From Alphaproteobacteria bacterium (lineage in GTDB: Bacteria > Pseudomonadota > Alphaproteobacteria > Rhizobiales > Hyphomicrobiaceae), in the NCBI GenBank assembly GCA_005888525.1, contig VBAB01000070.1:1-24397 (forward strand): a stretch of DNA of 24,397 nt, read 5' to 3'. The notes under the pieces were generated by a model. The model was not told the origin of the DNA and did no database searches. It was given only the letters and a program-made list of their open reading frames with translations. Both the position numbers and the translations under genes were made by a program. Below are positions 7,545 through 16,405 of this stretch, one piece after another. The first letter of the stretch is position 1, and each line of letters begins with the position of its first letter.

Positions 7545-7732
7545 CCTTCTCCCCTTGGGGAGAAGGTGCCCCGTAGGGGCGGATGAGGGGGCCTTCCTTC
7601 CGTGCAGCGAAGTACCCCCTCACCAGTTCGGCCGTATGACTTACGACCGCGCCATCGAGCGAATGCTCGTGGTCAGGTCGGCGCCCGCGATCGTAAGTCA
7701 TGGCCTCACGTCCTCTCCCCGGAGGGGAGAGG
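7545..7732. repeat. CCCCTCA(T/C)CC / CCT(T)CTCCCC-type REP doublet with a nested ~76-bp hairpin
   Basis: Left unit CCTTCTCCCCTTGGGGAGAAGG-TGCCCCGTAGGGGC-GGATGAGGGG (7545-7590). Right unit CCCCTCACC (7616-7624), then an insert, then CCTCTCCCCGGAGGGGAGAGG (7712-7732). Confidence 0.8.
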
Positions 7733-7786
7733 GGGCGTTGGTTATCGGATCAAAGACGATGGCAGCAATAGGCTGACTGCCCGAAG

Positions 7787-8983
7787 TCAAACGACGCCCT
7801 TCTCCCGCAAGCGCTTCGCGTCTCCGGGGGCGACCCCGCAGAGCGAGGCCAGCAGGTCGTCGGTATGCTCGCCCAGCAGCGGCGGGCGGCTCACGGCGAT
7901 GGGCGAGTCCGACAGCTTGATCGGGCAACCCACCGTCTGGTACGTGCCGCGTGTGGGGTAATCCACGTCGACGACCATCTCACGCGCCCGCAGGTGCGGG
8001 TCGGCCAGCACCTCGCCGGTGTCCTGGCAGGCGCCGCACGGCACCCCGGCATCCCCCATCAGGCGCATCACCTCGTGCTTGCTGCGCTGGCGCGTCCAGG
8101 CCTCGACGATGGCGTTGAGCGCGGCGCGATTCTCCCAGCGCGCCTCCAGCGTCTTGAAGCGCGGATCGTCGGTCAGCTCCGGCTGTCCCATGACCTGCAC
8201 GACGGCCGGCCACATCTGCGGTTGGGCGTAGAGGAAGACGTAGTCGTTCGGGCCGCCGGGCGCGCAGGCATAGGTGGTGCCGGGCACATTGCGGCCGAGC
8301 TGGTTGCCCGTTCGGGTCGGCGGATGACCGAAGCGCTGGTGGTCGCGCAAGCTGACGCGGACGAGATTCACCACCGAGTCCTGCATCGACACCTCGACAT
8401 GCTGCCCCCGGCCCGAGACATGCCGCTGCTGCAGCGCGGCCAGGATGCCGATCGCCATGTGCATGCCGGTGCCGGAATCGCCGATCGCGGGCCAGGTGTA
8501 GGTCGGCGGATTGTCGGGAAAGCCCGTGACGCACATCGCCCCGCCCATGGCCTGGGCGATCGGCTCGAAGCTCTTGAAGCCGCTGTAGGGGCCATAGGTG
8601 CCGAAGCCCTTGATGGTGGCGTAGACGAGCCGCGGGTTGACCTTGGCCAGCGCCTCGTAGCCGAGCCCCAGGCGGTCCAGCGCTCCCGGCCCGAAGTTCT
8701 CCACCAGCACGTCCGACTTGGCGATCACCTGCCTGAAGAGCTGCTTGCCCTCCTCGGTCTTCAGGTTGAGCGTCAGGCTCTTCTTGTTGGCGTTGAGCAC
8801 CAGGAAGAACAGGCTGTCGCTGTCCTTCTTGTCGCGCATGTTGGTGCGCGCGATGTCGCCGCCCTTGGGCTCCTCCAGCTTGATCACATCGGCGCCCAGG
8901 AAGCCCAGGATCTGCGTGCACGCGGGCCCCGCCTGGTTATGCGTCATGTCGATGATGCGGATGCCTGACAGGGCTTGGGTCAT
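7787..8983 (-). CDS. frc: Class III CoA-transferase, formyl-CoA transferase (Frc)-like
   Basis: IIDMTHNQAGP, ADVIKLEEP, NANKKSLTLNLK, ENFGPG, and catalytic Asp context AIGDSGTG. Confidence 0.8.
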   Translation of the reverse strand: MTQALSGIRIIDMTHNQAGPACTQILGFLGADVIKLEEPKGGDIARTNMRDKKDSDSLFFLVLNANKKSLTLNLKTEEGKQLFRQVIAKSDVLVENFGPGALDRLGLGYEALAKVNPRLVYATIKGFGTYGPYSGFKSFEPIAQAMGGAMCVTGFPDNPPTYTWPAIGDSGTGMHMAIGILAALQQRHVSGRGQHVEVSMQDSVVNLVRVSLRDHQRFGHPPTRTGNQLGRNVPGTTYACAPGGPNDYVFLYAQPQMWPAVVQVMGQPELTDDPRFKTLEARWENRAALNAIVEAWTRQRSKHEVMRLMGDAGVPCGACQDTGEVLADPHLRAREMVVDVDYPTRGTYQTVGCPIKLSDSPIAVSRPPLLGEHTDDLLASLCGVAPGDAKRLREKGVV

Positions 8984-9016
8984 GGTCGTTTCTCTCCCTT
9001 GCGATTGCGAATAGCG

Positions 9017-9943
9017 TCAGCGCTTGAGCGCCGGCGGGTCTTGGCGGGCGACGAGCTCGGCCAGCGTGTTGTCGACCGCCATCTCATATGGCGTCCCCTT
9101 CGCTACCAGGCCGCCCGAGACGAGCCCTGCCCGCAGGCGCTCGTATCCCGACCGCGGCAGGCGCGTGTCTCGGCCCCAAAGGCCCAGCGCCTTGTAGCGA
9201 TCGAGCGCCTTGGCAAGCCGCGGCTGCGGCACGTCGGGGAAATACCCAGCGATGGCAGCAGCAAGCTGCGCTCCGTCTGAAGCGTGCACCCATTTCAGCG
9301 TGCGCTGGATGGCGCGCACCATGCGCTCACATTCGTCCCGGCGCTCGGCCAGCAGCGCCCGGCGCGCATAGAGCGTCGTGTAGGACGTGGGGCCACGCTG
9401 GGCTGCAGCATACCAGATGTGTCCCGCCCGCGCCTCCAGGAGCTCCTCGGCGAAGGGCTGGAACAGCTGCACCACGTCGACCTCGCCACGCCGCAGTGCG
9501 CCTGCGTTGCTCGCCATCGACTGGCCTGTGACGCGATCGAGCTTTGCGGGGTCGAGCCCCGCTCGCCGCATGTCCTCCTGCAGGCACAGCCAGGGCGTCG
9601 GCACCTCGCTGACGGTTGCCAGGCGCTTGCCCATCAGATCAGCGAGCTTGAAACCGGGTCTTTCCGTCCGACCGATCAGGAAGAAGGGGTCGCGGGTCAC
9701 CACCTCGCAGAAGCACACGAGATCGCACCTCGGATCCTGCTCGTTCGTGTACATGACGCGCATCGGCCCGCCCCAGCCTACGTCGACGGTGCCGTCGGCG
9801 AGACCGCGTGCAGCCTGCGCGGGGGTGGGGGAGCTGACAAACCGCACCTCGACGCCCTCCTGGCCATAGGCGTCGAGCGCAAGCGCTGCGTAAAAGGGCG
9901 CATAGAACACGGCGCGCAATGTTTCCTGCAGCACGATAGCCAT
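9017..9943 (-). CDS. SsuA/THI5/NitT-TauT-type substrate-binding-fold protein with no signal peptide
   Basis: GGAG RBS then MAIVLQETLRAVFYAPFYAALALDAYGQEGVEV; GTVDVGWGG and GEVDVVQLFQPFA motifs; in-frame TAA at 9989-9991 rules out an upstream leader. Confidence 0.82.
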   Translation of the reverse strand: MAIVLQETLRAVFYAPFYAALALDAYGQEGVEVRFVSSPTPAQAARGLADGTVDVGWGGPMRVMYTNEQDPRCDLVCFCEVVTRDPFFLIGRTERPGFKLADLMGKRLATVSEVPTPWLCLQEDMRRAGLDPAKLDRVTGQSMASNAGALRRGEVDVVQLFQPFAEELLEARAGHIWYAAAQRGPTSYTTLYARRALLAERRDECERMVRAIQRTLKWVHASDGAQLAAAIAGYFPDVPQPRLAKALDRYKALGLWGRDTRLPRSGYERLRAGLVSGGLVAKGTPYEMAVDNTLAELVARQDPPALKR

Positions 9944-10134
9944 CGACAACACTCCAGGGGCGGCCGCTCTTGGGCTCCTCGATCCAGCTTAGAGCGGCCA
10001 ACCCCAACGCGCCACAATTGAGGTCGATTGCCGCCCGGCACGTGGCGTCGTAAGCTGACTTCAGCGCGAGAGCTCTGCCATAGTTTCATCTTGGAAGTTG
10101 ATCCGATCGTCAAAACTTTGGAGGAACGAGCTCC

Positions 10135-10602
10135 ATGATGGCACCGCGCAAATGGAGATACCCGACCGGCGCAATGGCAGCGATTGCCGCGCTTTTCTTC
10201 TCTCCCGACGGATGGACCGCCAGCCAAGCTGGGTTGCTGATTGACGCGCGGCCGGCCCCATTTCATTCGCAGCACCTGCGAGTCCAAGCCCAAGACCATG
10301 ACCTCACCGGGGTATGGATCAGCGAGAAGGGGGAGCGTTTCGAGGTCAAGCAGAACGGCAATTCTGTGCGCGCGGAATTCCGAGGCACGGCAGCGAATCC
10401 AGGCCTGAAGGGTGTCATTGCCGGCCAATTCGATGGCAAGGTTTCCCTTGGGGGCGCCTACGAGGTGAGCGAGGGAACCAAGGAGGAGCGCGGCGTGGTC
10501 CGGTTCGTGTTGACGCCCGACGGCAAGCTGGACGGCACACGGCAATCGCTCACATCCGGCGGCAAGCCCGAGCGGTGGGTGCTGACCAGGGAGAGCCGAT
10601 AG
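10135..10602 (+). CDS. Hypothetical secreted beta-rich protein
   Basis: GGAGGA RBS; hydrophobic leader, then DLTGVW followed by alternating beta-strand patterns. Confidence 0.65.
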   Translation: MMAPRKWRYPTGAMAAIAALFFSPDGWTASQAGLLIDARPAPFHSQHLRVQAQDHDLTGVWISEKGERFEVKQNGNSVRAEFRGTAANPGLKGVIAGQFDGKVSLGGAYEVSEGTKEERGVVRFVLTPDGKLDGTRQSLTSGGKPERWVLTRESR

Positions 10603-10641
10603 CGCGCTCTGTGGCGGCCGAGCGGCCCTGGGGGTTCGACA

Positions 10642-12012
10642 ATGCAACGCCGCGACTTCCTCAAATATTCCACTGCGGCGGCGGCCATGGGCGCCGCCAA
10701 GCTCGGCTTGCCCTCCAGGGGGGCGGCTCAACAATCCCCGTTGAGTAAGATCGACCATGTCGTGGTTCTCATGCTGGAGAATCGCTCCTTCGACAGTATG
10801 CTCGGTGCACTCGGCAAGTATTATGCCGCCGATGCGGGGTTTGACGGTCTGTCCGGCAATGAAAGCAATTTGGACGTAAACAATAACCCGATTGCCGTCT
10901 ATAACGACCCCACCGACTACGCATTTCTCATTCCGGATCCCGACCCCGGCGAGACATTCCTCGACATCAACGAGCAGCTTTTCGGTATCCATGGTCGGGT
11001 GCCGCCCGGCGCAGTGCCCACGATGGGTGGCTTCGTCAAGAACTACATGCGCCAGACGAAACCCGCCCCGAGCGATCCCCGGCATGTCATGCACTATTTC
11101 AAGCCCGAGCAAATTCCGGTCTTGAGCCGGCTGGCTCTCGAATTCGCGGTGTGCGATCGCTGGTTTGCCTCGGCGCCCTGCCAAACATGGCCCAACCGCC
11201 TATTCTTGCACACCGGCACGCCCAAAGACACAGCGGAGCCGGACGCCCACGGATACGAGGACAACTTCGTGTCGAAGATCGTGGGCGGATTCGCGTCGCC
11301 GACGATTTTCAAGCAACTCGAGAATGCAAACAACGGCAGCAGCTGGAAGATATATTTTCGGTACGGGTCCGTCCCCCACTCCTCTATCTTGACGGAATTG
11401 CAATACCTCATTGAATTGGTGCAGATCGGTGGCACCAACACCTTCGCCAGCCTCGCTCGGTTCATGTCGGACTGTGAATATGGCAAATTACCGAGCTATT
11501 CGTTTGTCGAGCCGCTTTACAGGGATTTCAATGTCTCCCTGTCGAAGCCGGATGACCAGCATCCCGTTGGGGACATAACTCCCGGCGAAAAGCTCATCGC
11601 CGACGTTTACAACTCCGTCAGGCGTGGGAAAAACTGGAATTCGACGTTGCTGATCATAATCTACGACGAGCACGGAGGCCTTTTCGATCACGTTCCGCCC
11701 CCTGCAGCCGTTCCCCCCGACAATGTCGTGACCGATCCCTTCAACTTCGACCGTTACGGGGTGAGGGTTCCGGCGGTCATCGTTTCACCCTACATCAAGC
11801 CGCGCACGGTGCTGCGCGCTGCGCCCGGAGGTTATCCCTTCGACCACACCTCCATCATTGCCACATTGCGCAAGCGCTTCAACATCGGCGCCCCCCTGAG
11901 CGACCGGATTGCTGTCGCGCCGGACCTCGAGCCGGTGCTGAACCTCGATCAGCCGTCCAACCAGGGGCCGGAGATCCTGACCCCCGGCGATGCTTCCTGG
12001 TTTACTCGCTGA
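10642..12012 (+). CDS. Tat-exported phospholipase C / acid phosphoesterase (AcpA/PlcH/NPC superfamily)
   Basis: Tat signal MQRRDFLK; ENRSFD, FASAPCQTWPNR, DDQHP, YDEHGGLFDHV, GVRVP and FDHTSII motifs. Confidence 0.9.
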   Translation: MQRRDFLKYSTAAAAMGAAKLGLPSRGAAQQSPLSKIDHVVVLMLENRSFDSMLGALGKYYAADAGFDGLSGNESNLDVNNNPIAVYNDPTDYAFLIPDPDPGETFLDINEQLFGIHGRVPPGAVPTMGGFVKNYMRQTKPAPSDPRHVMHYFKPEQIPVLSRLALEFAVCDRWFASAPCQTWPNRLFLHTGTPKDTAEPDAHGYEDNFVSKIVGGFASPTIFKQLENANNGSSWKIYFRYGSVPHSSILTELQYLIELVQIGGTNTFASLARFMSDCEYGKLPSYSFVEPLYRDFNVSLSKPDDQHPVGDITPGEKLIADVYNSVRRGKNWNSTLLIIIYDEHGGLFDHVPPPAAVPPDNVVTDPFNFDRYGVRVPAVIVSPYIKPRTVLRAAPGGYPFDHTSIIATLRKRFNIGAPLSDRIAVAPDLEPVLNLDQPSNQGPEILTPGDASWFTR

Positions 12013-12088
12013 GCCGTCGCCGGATTGGCGAGGGCACCTCGATGCCGACGACCGCACACAGCGGCGTCTTCAGTATCCTGCAGTCCTC

Positions 12089-12937
12089 TCAACCCATCGG
12101 CCCGCCGGCGATCTGCGTGCGGCGCATGACGCGGCGGAACGGGCCGGCGTCGTGGATGGCGAGGTGCTTGCAGACGCGGTTGTCCCAGAAGGCGATCGAG
12201 CCCGTCTCCCAGCGGAAGCGGCAGGTGAACTCGGGCCGGTGGCCGTGCTCGAGCAGATATCCGAGCAACGGCTTGCTCTCCGCCTCCGTCATGCCTTCGA
12301 AGCCCACCGTGTAGGAGGCGTTGACGTAGAGCAGCTTGCGCCCCGTCTCGGGATGCGTGACCACCACCGGGTGCGCGCTCACGGTCTCGCGCCACTCGGC
12401 GTCCTCACGCACCTTGGTGGCGCGGAACGCATTCTTGTTGGCCTGGGGGCCCGCCACCATACGGTCCGAGTGCAGCGCCCGCATCCCCGACAGCATCTTC
12501 TTCATGCCGTCGGAGAGCGTCTCGTAGGCCAGATACTGGTTGGCAAACAGCGTATCGCCGCCATAAGGCGGCACCTCGATGGCGTAGAGGATGGCGCCCA
12601 TCGGCGGCTCGGGCATCATGGTGGTGTCGGCGTGCCAATCCTCGCCGACGATCTTCTTGTCGCCGGGCTCGCGCGTGATCACGATGATCTCGGGATCGGC
12701 CTGCGTGCCCTTGTAGTTGGGGTGGATGAAGATCTCGCCGAAGCGGCGCGTGAAGACCTTGTGGCGCGCCACGTCGAGCTTCTGGTCGCGGAAGAATATG
12801 ACGCAGTGGTCGAGCAGGGCTTGGCGGATGTCGCCGACGGTGCCCTCGTCGAGGTCCGCGCCGACGTCGACATTGTGGATCTCGGCGCCGATGGCCCCGG
12901 CAATGGGTCGCACCTCGATCCGGCTGTTGCGCATCAT
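12089..12937 (-). CDS. TauD/TfdA-family Fe(II)/2-oxoglutarate dioxygenase
   Basis: IGAEIHNVD, WHAD (HxD), GGDTLFAN, HPVVVTHPETGRK, and FWDNRVCKH supplying the distal His. Confidence 0.92.
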   Translation of the reverse strand: MMRNSRIEVRPIAGAIGAEIHNVDVGADLDEGTVGDIRQALLDHCVIFFRDQKLDVARHKVFTRRFGEIFIHPNYKGTQADPEIIVITREPGDKKIVGEDWHADTTMMPEPPMGAILYAIEVPPYGGDTLFANQYLAYETLSDGMKKMLSGMRALHSDRMVAGPQANKNAFRATKVREDAEWRETVSAHPVVVTHPETGRKLLYVNASYTVGFEGMTEAESKPLLGYLLEHGHRPEFTCRFRWETGSIAFWDNRVCKHLAIHDAGPFRRVMRRTQIAGGPMG

Positions 12938-13000
12938 GTTTCCTCCGGCTGTCTGGTTGCCGCGAGGCTATGGCGTGCGCCCTTCCTGCGCAACTCTTCT

Positions 13001-13117
13001 CCCTCTCCCCGTTTTTACGGGGAGAGGGTCGGGGTGAGGGGCGGCGACAAACGTCGGAGCAAGCGGCCGCCCCTCACCCTAGCCCTCTCCCCATTCTGAA
13101 CAAGAATGGGGAGAGGG
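13001..13117. repeat. REP-like inverted doublet (CCCCTCACCC...CCCTCTCCCC type)
   Basis: CCCTCTCCCCgtttttacGGGGAGAGGG-tcGGGGTGAGGGG ... CCCCTCACCCtagCCCTCTCCCCattctgaacaagaatGGGGAGAGGG. Confidence 0.85.
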
Positions 13118-13129
13118 GACAGCCGCGCC

Positions 13130-14158
13130 TTACCGCCGCAGCACCTCGACCTGCACGGCGTCCCCCGCCTGCACGGTGAACTTGCGCTGGAAGACCTCGC
13201 CGGCGTTCTTGGCGCTGACCGTATAGGCGCCGGGCGCAAGGACATGGGTCGGCAGCGCGCCGACGCTTTCCTTGACGCTCTCGCCCTGGGCATTGGCCAC
13301 GTTCCACTGTGTATCGGCGATGGCATCACCGCCGGCGCGCGCGACGAGCTTGAAGGTCACCTTCGCTGCCGCGTGGCTGAGCGTCGCCTCGGTGAGCTTG
13401 CCGGCCTCCACCGTCACGTCGGATCGGGCAACCGCATTGGCATCGCCGTAGGTGCCCACGATGTTGTAGATGCCGGCGTTGAGCCTGATGACGAGGCCCG
13501 GCTTGGCCCCGGTCATCACCCGCATTCTTTGCCCGTACTGGTCGCGCTCATCGGAGTAGATTTCGTAGCTGACCGCCTTCTCGTTGACAGCCTCGCCGTT
13601 GGCGAGGGCGGAAGCGAGCCGCAGGCCTCCGGCATTGAGCACGAAGCGCTCCTGCGCCGGGCGCTCGCTCGAGACCGTGACCTTGCGGGTCAGGTGTGCT
13701 CGACCGAAGGCGACGCTGACGATGTAGTCGCCCGCCTCCAGGCGCAGCGTCGGGCTCGCCTCGCGATGCGTCGATACGAGCCTCATCTTCCCGTCGGGTC
13801 CCGGCTTGCCGCGAAAGACACGCCACACGAGCCCCTGCTCGATGTTCTGTCCGTCCTGGGTGAGCAAGGCGACCAGCGAAACCTGTCCCGCAATGGCGGC
13901 GCCCGGCGCTGGTCTTGTCTCGGGCGCGGAGCGTGGCACGACCGTGGTGTTGGGCGGGACGGAGACGATCGGCGGGGCCGCGACGGGGCTTGGCACGGTG
14001 AGGGGCGCCGCTACCGGCGGGGATTGCGATGCCGCCGAATTGGTCTCGGTCTGCCACGGCGCACGCTCCTGCTGCTGGGCCAGGACCTGCGGCGCCGCGA
14101 CGCCAATCGCAAGCGCAACGGCAATTCGGTGCACGTGCAGGCTGCGGCGACGGGCCAT
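13130..14158 (-). CDS. Exported protein with three Ig-like (PEGA / carboxypeptidase-regulatory-like) repeats after a Pro-rich linker
   Basis: GAGG RBS then MARRRS... signal peptide ending VLAQQQ; three units containing LEAGDY, LNAGIY and LAPGAY. Confidence 0.75.
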   Translation of the reverse strand: MARRRSLHVHRIAVALAIGVAAPQVLAQQQERAPWQTETNSAASQSPPVAAPLTVPSPVAAPPIVSVPPNTTVVPRSAPETRPAPGAAIAGQVSLVALLTQDGQNIEQGLVWRVFRGKPGPDGKMRLVSTHREASPTLRLEAGDYIVSVAFGRAHLTRKVTVSSERPAQERFVLNAGGLRLASALANGEAVNEKAVSYEIYSDERDQYGQRMRVMTGAKPGLVIRLNAGIYNIVGTYGDANAVARSDVTVEAGKLTEATLSHAAAKVTFKLVARAGGDAIADTQWNVANAQGESVKESVGALPTHVLAPGAYTVSAKNAGEVFQRKFTVQAGDAVQVEVLRR

Positions 14159-14281
14159 GCGTGAGCCTCGTTGTTCCCCTTCCAACCGGTGACGCTCGCA
14201 ACGACTCCAGCAAATCAAGGCAACCCTATGCCCCACACACCCACCCTTGGCAACGCGTCGGCAAGCAAAAGGAATGCGGGC

Positions 14282-16288
14282 TCATTCGGCGAGCAGCTCC
14301 ACGAGCCTCGATTCTCCCGTGCGCAGCTCGATGGCGCGGTCGTAGCGCTTGTCCCGCGTCTCCGCCCGCACCGAATAGCGGCCCGCCTGCAGCGTCGCGG
14401 ACGGCTCGGATTGCCCAGTGGTCCACACCGTGGCCCCCGCCTCATCCCGGATATCCCAGAAGACTTCCGCCTGGACAGGAGCGCCGTTGGCGAGGACACG
14501 CAGCTTGAGGGCCGCCGCCTGGTGCTCCAGGGTCAGCTGCTGCATCTGCCCGGCTTTGACCTCGACATCGCGAACCGTGCGCGCGTTCATGGCCCCGTAG
14601 CGGCCTTGGACGCGGTAGCGGCCGCCCGGCAAAACCAGCACGGGCGCGGCGCGGCTGGTCGTGATCACCTCCGGGGGAAAGCTGTCGAGGCGCTCCACGC
14701 GGTAGGAGACCAGCTCGCTCAGCGCCTGCGTGGCGCCGACTGGCTTGGTTGCAAGTGCAAGACGCCCCCCTGCCACGTTGAGCGTACGCCGTACCACGTC
14801 GCCAGGACCGACCGCGAGACGCTCGCGCACCTCCACGCTGCCTTGCCGTGCGACGACGTAATAAGTGCCGGGCGGGAGAACGAAATCCGCCTGCCGGGTG
14901 GCGGATCGGGCGACCTCACGGCGGCCCTTCGGCGCATCCGGATCATCCTCGACGACGCTGAAGACGACTGCATCCGCAAGCGCGCTGCTATCGGTCCCGG
15001 CGGCCGACAACAGCAGGCGCGCGGCGTTGAGGGGTACATCGATCCGCCCCTGGCTCCCCGCCGGCACGACAATGGATCGCTCCGAGCGCACCAGTCCCTG
15101 CTCGACGCGCACCAGGTAGCGGCCGGCGGGCAGCATCACCAGGCCTTCGCCGCCCTTGAACATGGCGAGCGGCGGACCGCCGGCGGCCTCCTTCTTGCCC
15201 TCCACGGCCTGGCCCGTCTCGCTGATCGCAACGATGGCATCGCCGAGCGGCGCCCCGCTCCTTTGCGCCAAGGCCCTGACCAGCAAGGTGCCGGCGTTCA
15301 AGACGAGATTGGCTGCCGTGGGCTCTTTGTCGCCGGCATCCACAGTCTGGCTGGTCGACACGGGTCCTTCGCGAACCCCGACCACGTAGCGGCCGGGCGG
15401 CACCGGAACGTACGGGTTCGCTGCCCGGGCGGCAAACAGGATCGCATCCGGCTGCCCCTCGGCAAAGACGGTCCAGTACAGCGGCAGGTTCACCGGCTCT
15501 GTCTTTGCCGCCAGCATGGCGCGCAGATAGAGCCCCGGCGGCCCGTCGGCTGGGATCGCCCCGGCGCTCGGCGCCGGAGTCGGCTGCGTCAAGGGGGCCG
15601 CCGCGGCAGGCGGATCGACACCGGCCGCATCGCTGCTGGCAAGCCGCAGCGCCTCCTCCACGCTCGTGCCGATCTGCTCGGCGCTGCGCGCATTGAAAAA
15701 CCGGCCGCCCGTGATCTGGGGCAGACAGGCCATACGTGTCGCGTCCTCGGGCTTCAGTCCGAGGCCAACGACGTGCGCCACGAGCCCGGAGCGGCGCAAG
15801 ACCTCCGCGGCCGCGCACACATTCTGCTGACAGTTGTCGGCGTCGTCGTGGATCAGGACCACGCTGCGCCTGCCGGACACCGACGCCAGCGGCTTGGCCG
15901 CCTCGAGCAGCGCCGTGGTCAGAGGGCCCCTGCCCCGCGGGTTCATCTTCTCCAGGCTGTCGCCGATGCGCTGGACATCCAGCGGCTCCAGCGGCCGCAG
16001 CAGCTCCACGTCACCGCAGTCGCCGCGCCGATGGCCGAATGAGACGAGGCCCACGCGCGTTTGCGGCCCAACCTTGGTGAGCGCCTGGCGCACTGCCTCC
16101 CGCGCCAGGACGACCTTGCTGCCCCTGACGCCCTCGATATTGCCCGCCATGGAGCCCGAGCCATCGAAGATGATGACGACGGACGGGGGCTCTTGCGCCC
16201 GTAAAGCCGCCGGCGCGGCCAGCGTGACGAGGAGTGCAGCGCACGCCGAAATACGCCCGCAGCCTCGGTGCCGATGGGAATTCCACAT
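14282..16288 (-). CDS. Exported vWA-domain protein with five C-terminal Ig-like repeats
   Basis: Signal peptide ending LRAQEP; VIIFDGSGSM (MIDAS DxSxS); repeats with VPPGRY, LPAGRY, LPPGTY, LPGGRY and LQAGRY. The ORF-track extension to 16948 overlaps the nitroreductase antisense. Confidence 0.85.
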   Translation of the reverse strand: MWNSHRHRGCGRISACAALLVTLAAPAALRAQEPPSVVIIFDGSGSMAGNIEGVRGSKVVLAREAVRQALTKVGPQTRVGLVSFGHRRGDCGDVELLRPLEPLDVQRIGDSLEKMNPRGRGPLTTALLEAAKPLASVSGRRSVVLIHDDADNCQQNVCAAAEVLRRSGLVAHVVGLGLKPEDATRMACLPQITGGRFFNARSAEQIGTSVEEALRLASSDAAGVDPPAAAAPLTQPTPAPSAGAIPADGPPGLYLRAMLAAKTEPVNLPLYWTVFAEGQPDAILFAARAANPYVPVPPGRYVVGVREGPVSTSQTVDAGDKEPTAANLVLNAGTLLVRALAQRSGAPLGDAIVAISETGQAVEGKKEAAGGPPLAMFKGGEGLVMLPAGRYLVRVEQGLVRSERSIVVPAGSQGRIDVPLNAARLLLSAAGTDSSALADAVVFSVVEDDPDAPKGRREVARSATRQADFVLPPGTYYVVARQGSVEVRERLAVGPGDVVRRTLNVAGGRLALATKPVGATQALSELVSYRVERLDSFPPEVITTSRAAPVLVLPGGRYRVQGRYGAMNARTVRDVEVKAGQMQQLTLEHQAAALKLRVLANGAPVQAEVFWDIRDEAGATVWTTGQSEPSATLQAGRYSVRAETRDKRYDRAIELRTGESRLVELLAE

Positions 16289-16405
16289 GGCTGATGCCAC
16301 CCGTCCGTACTTGCAACAAAGCCATCCCCATTGTACTCGCGGGGGAGTTGGTTTAGCGAGGGTTTTGCTTGGCGAAACCCCGATCGGCAGGACTTGTGTG
16401 CGCCC

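Noticed and set aside
9944-10134. Possible TPP or other riboswitch upstream of the THI5-like gene (GGCCGCTCT...AGAGCGGCC hairpin)
   Set aside because: No CUGAGA or other TPP core motif on the minus strand; only a single 9-bp stem.
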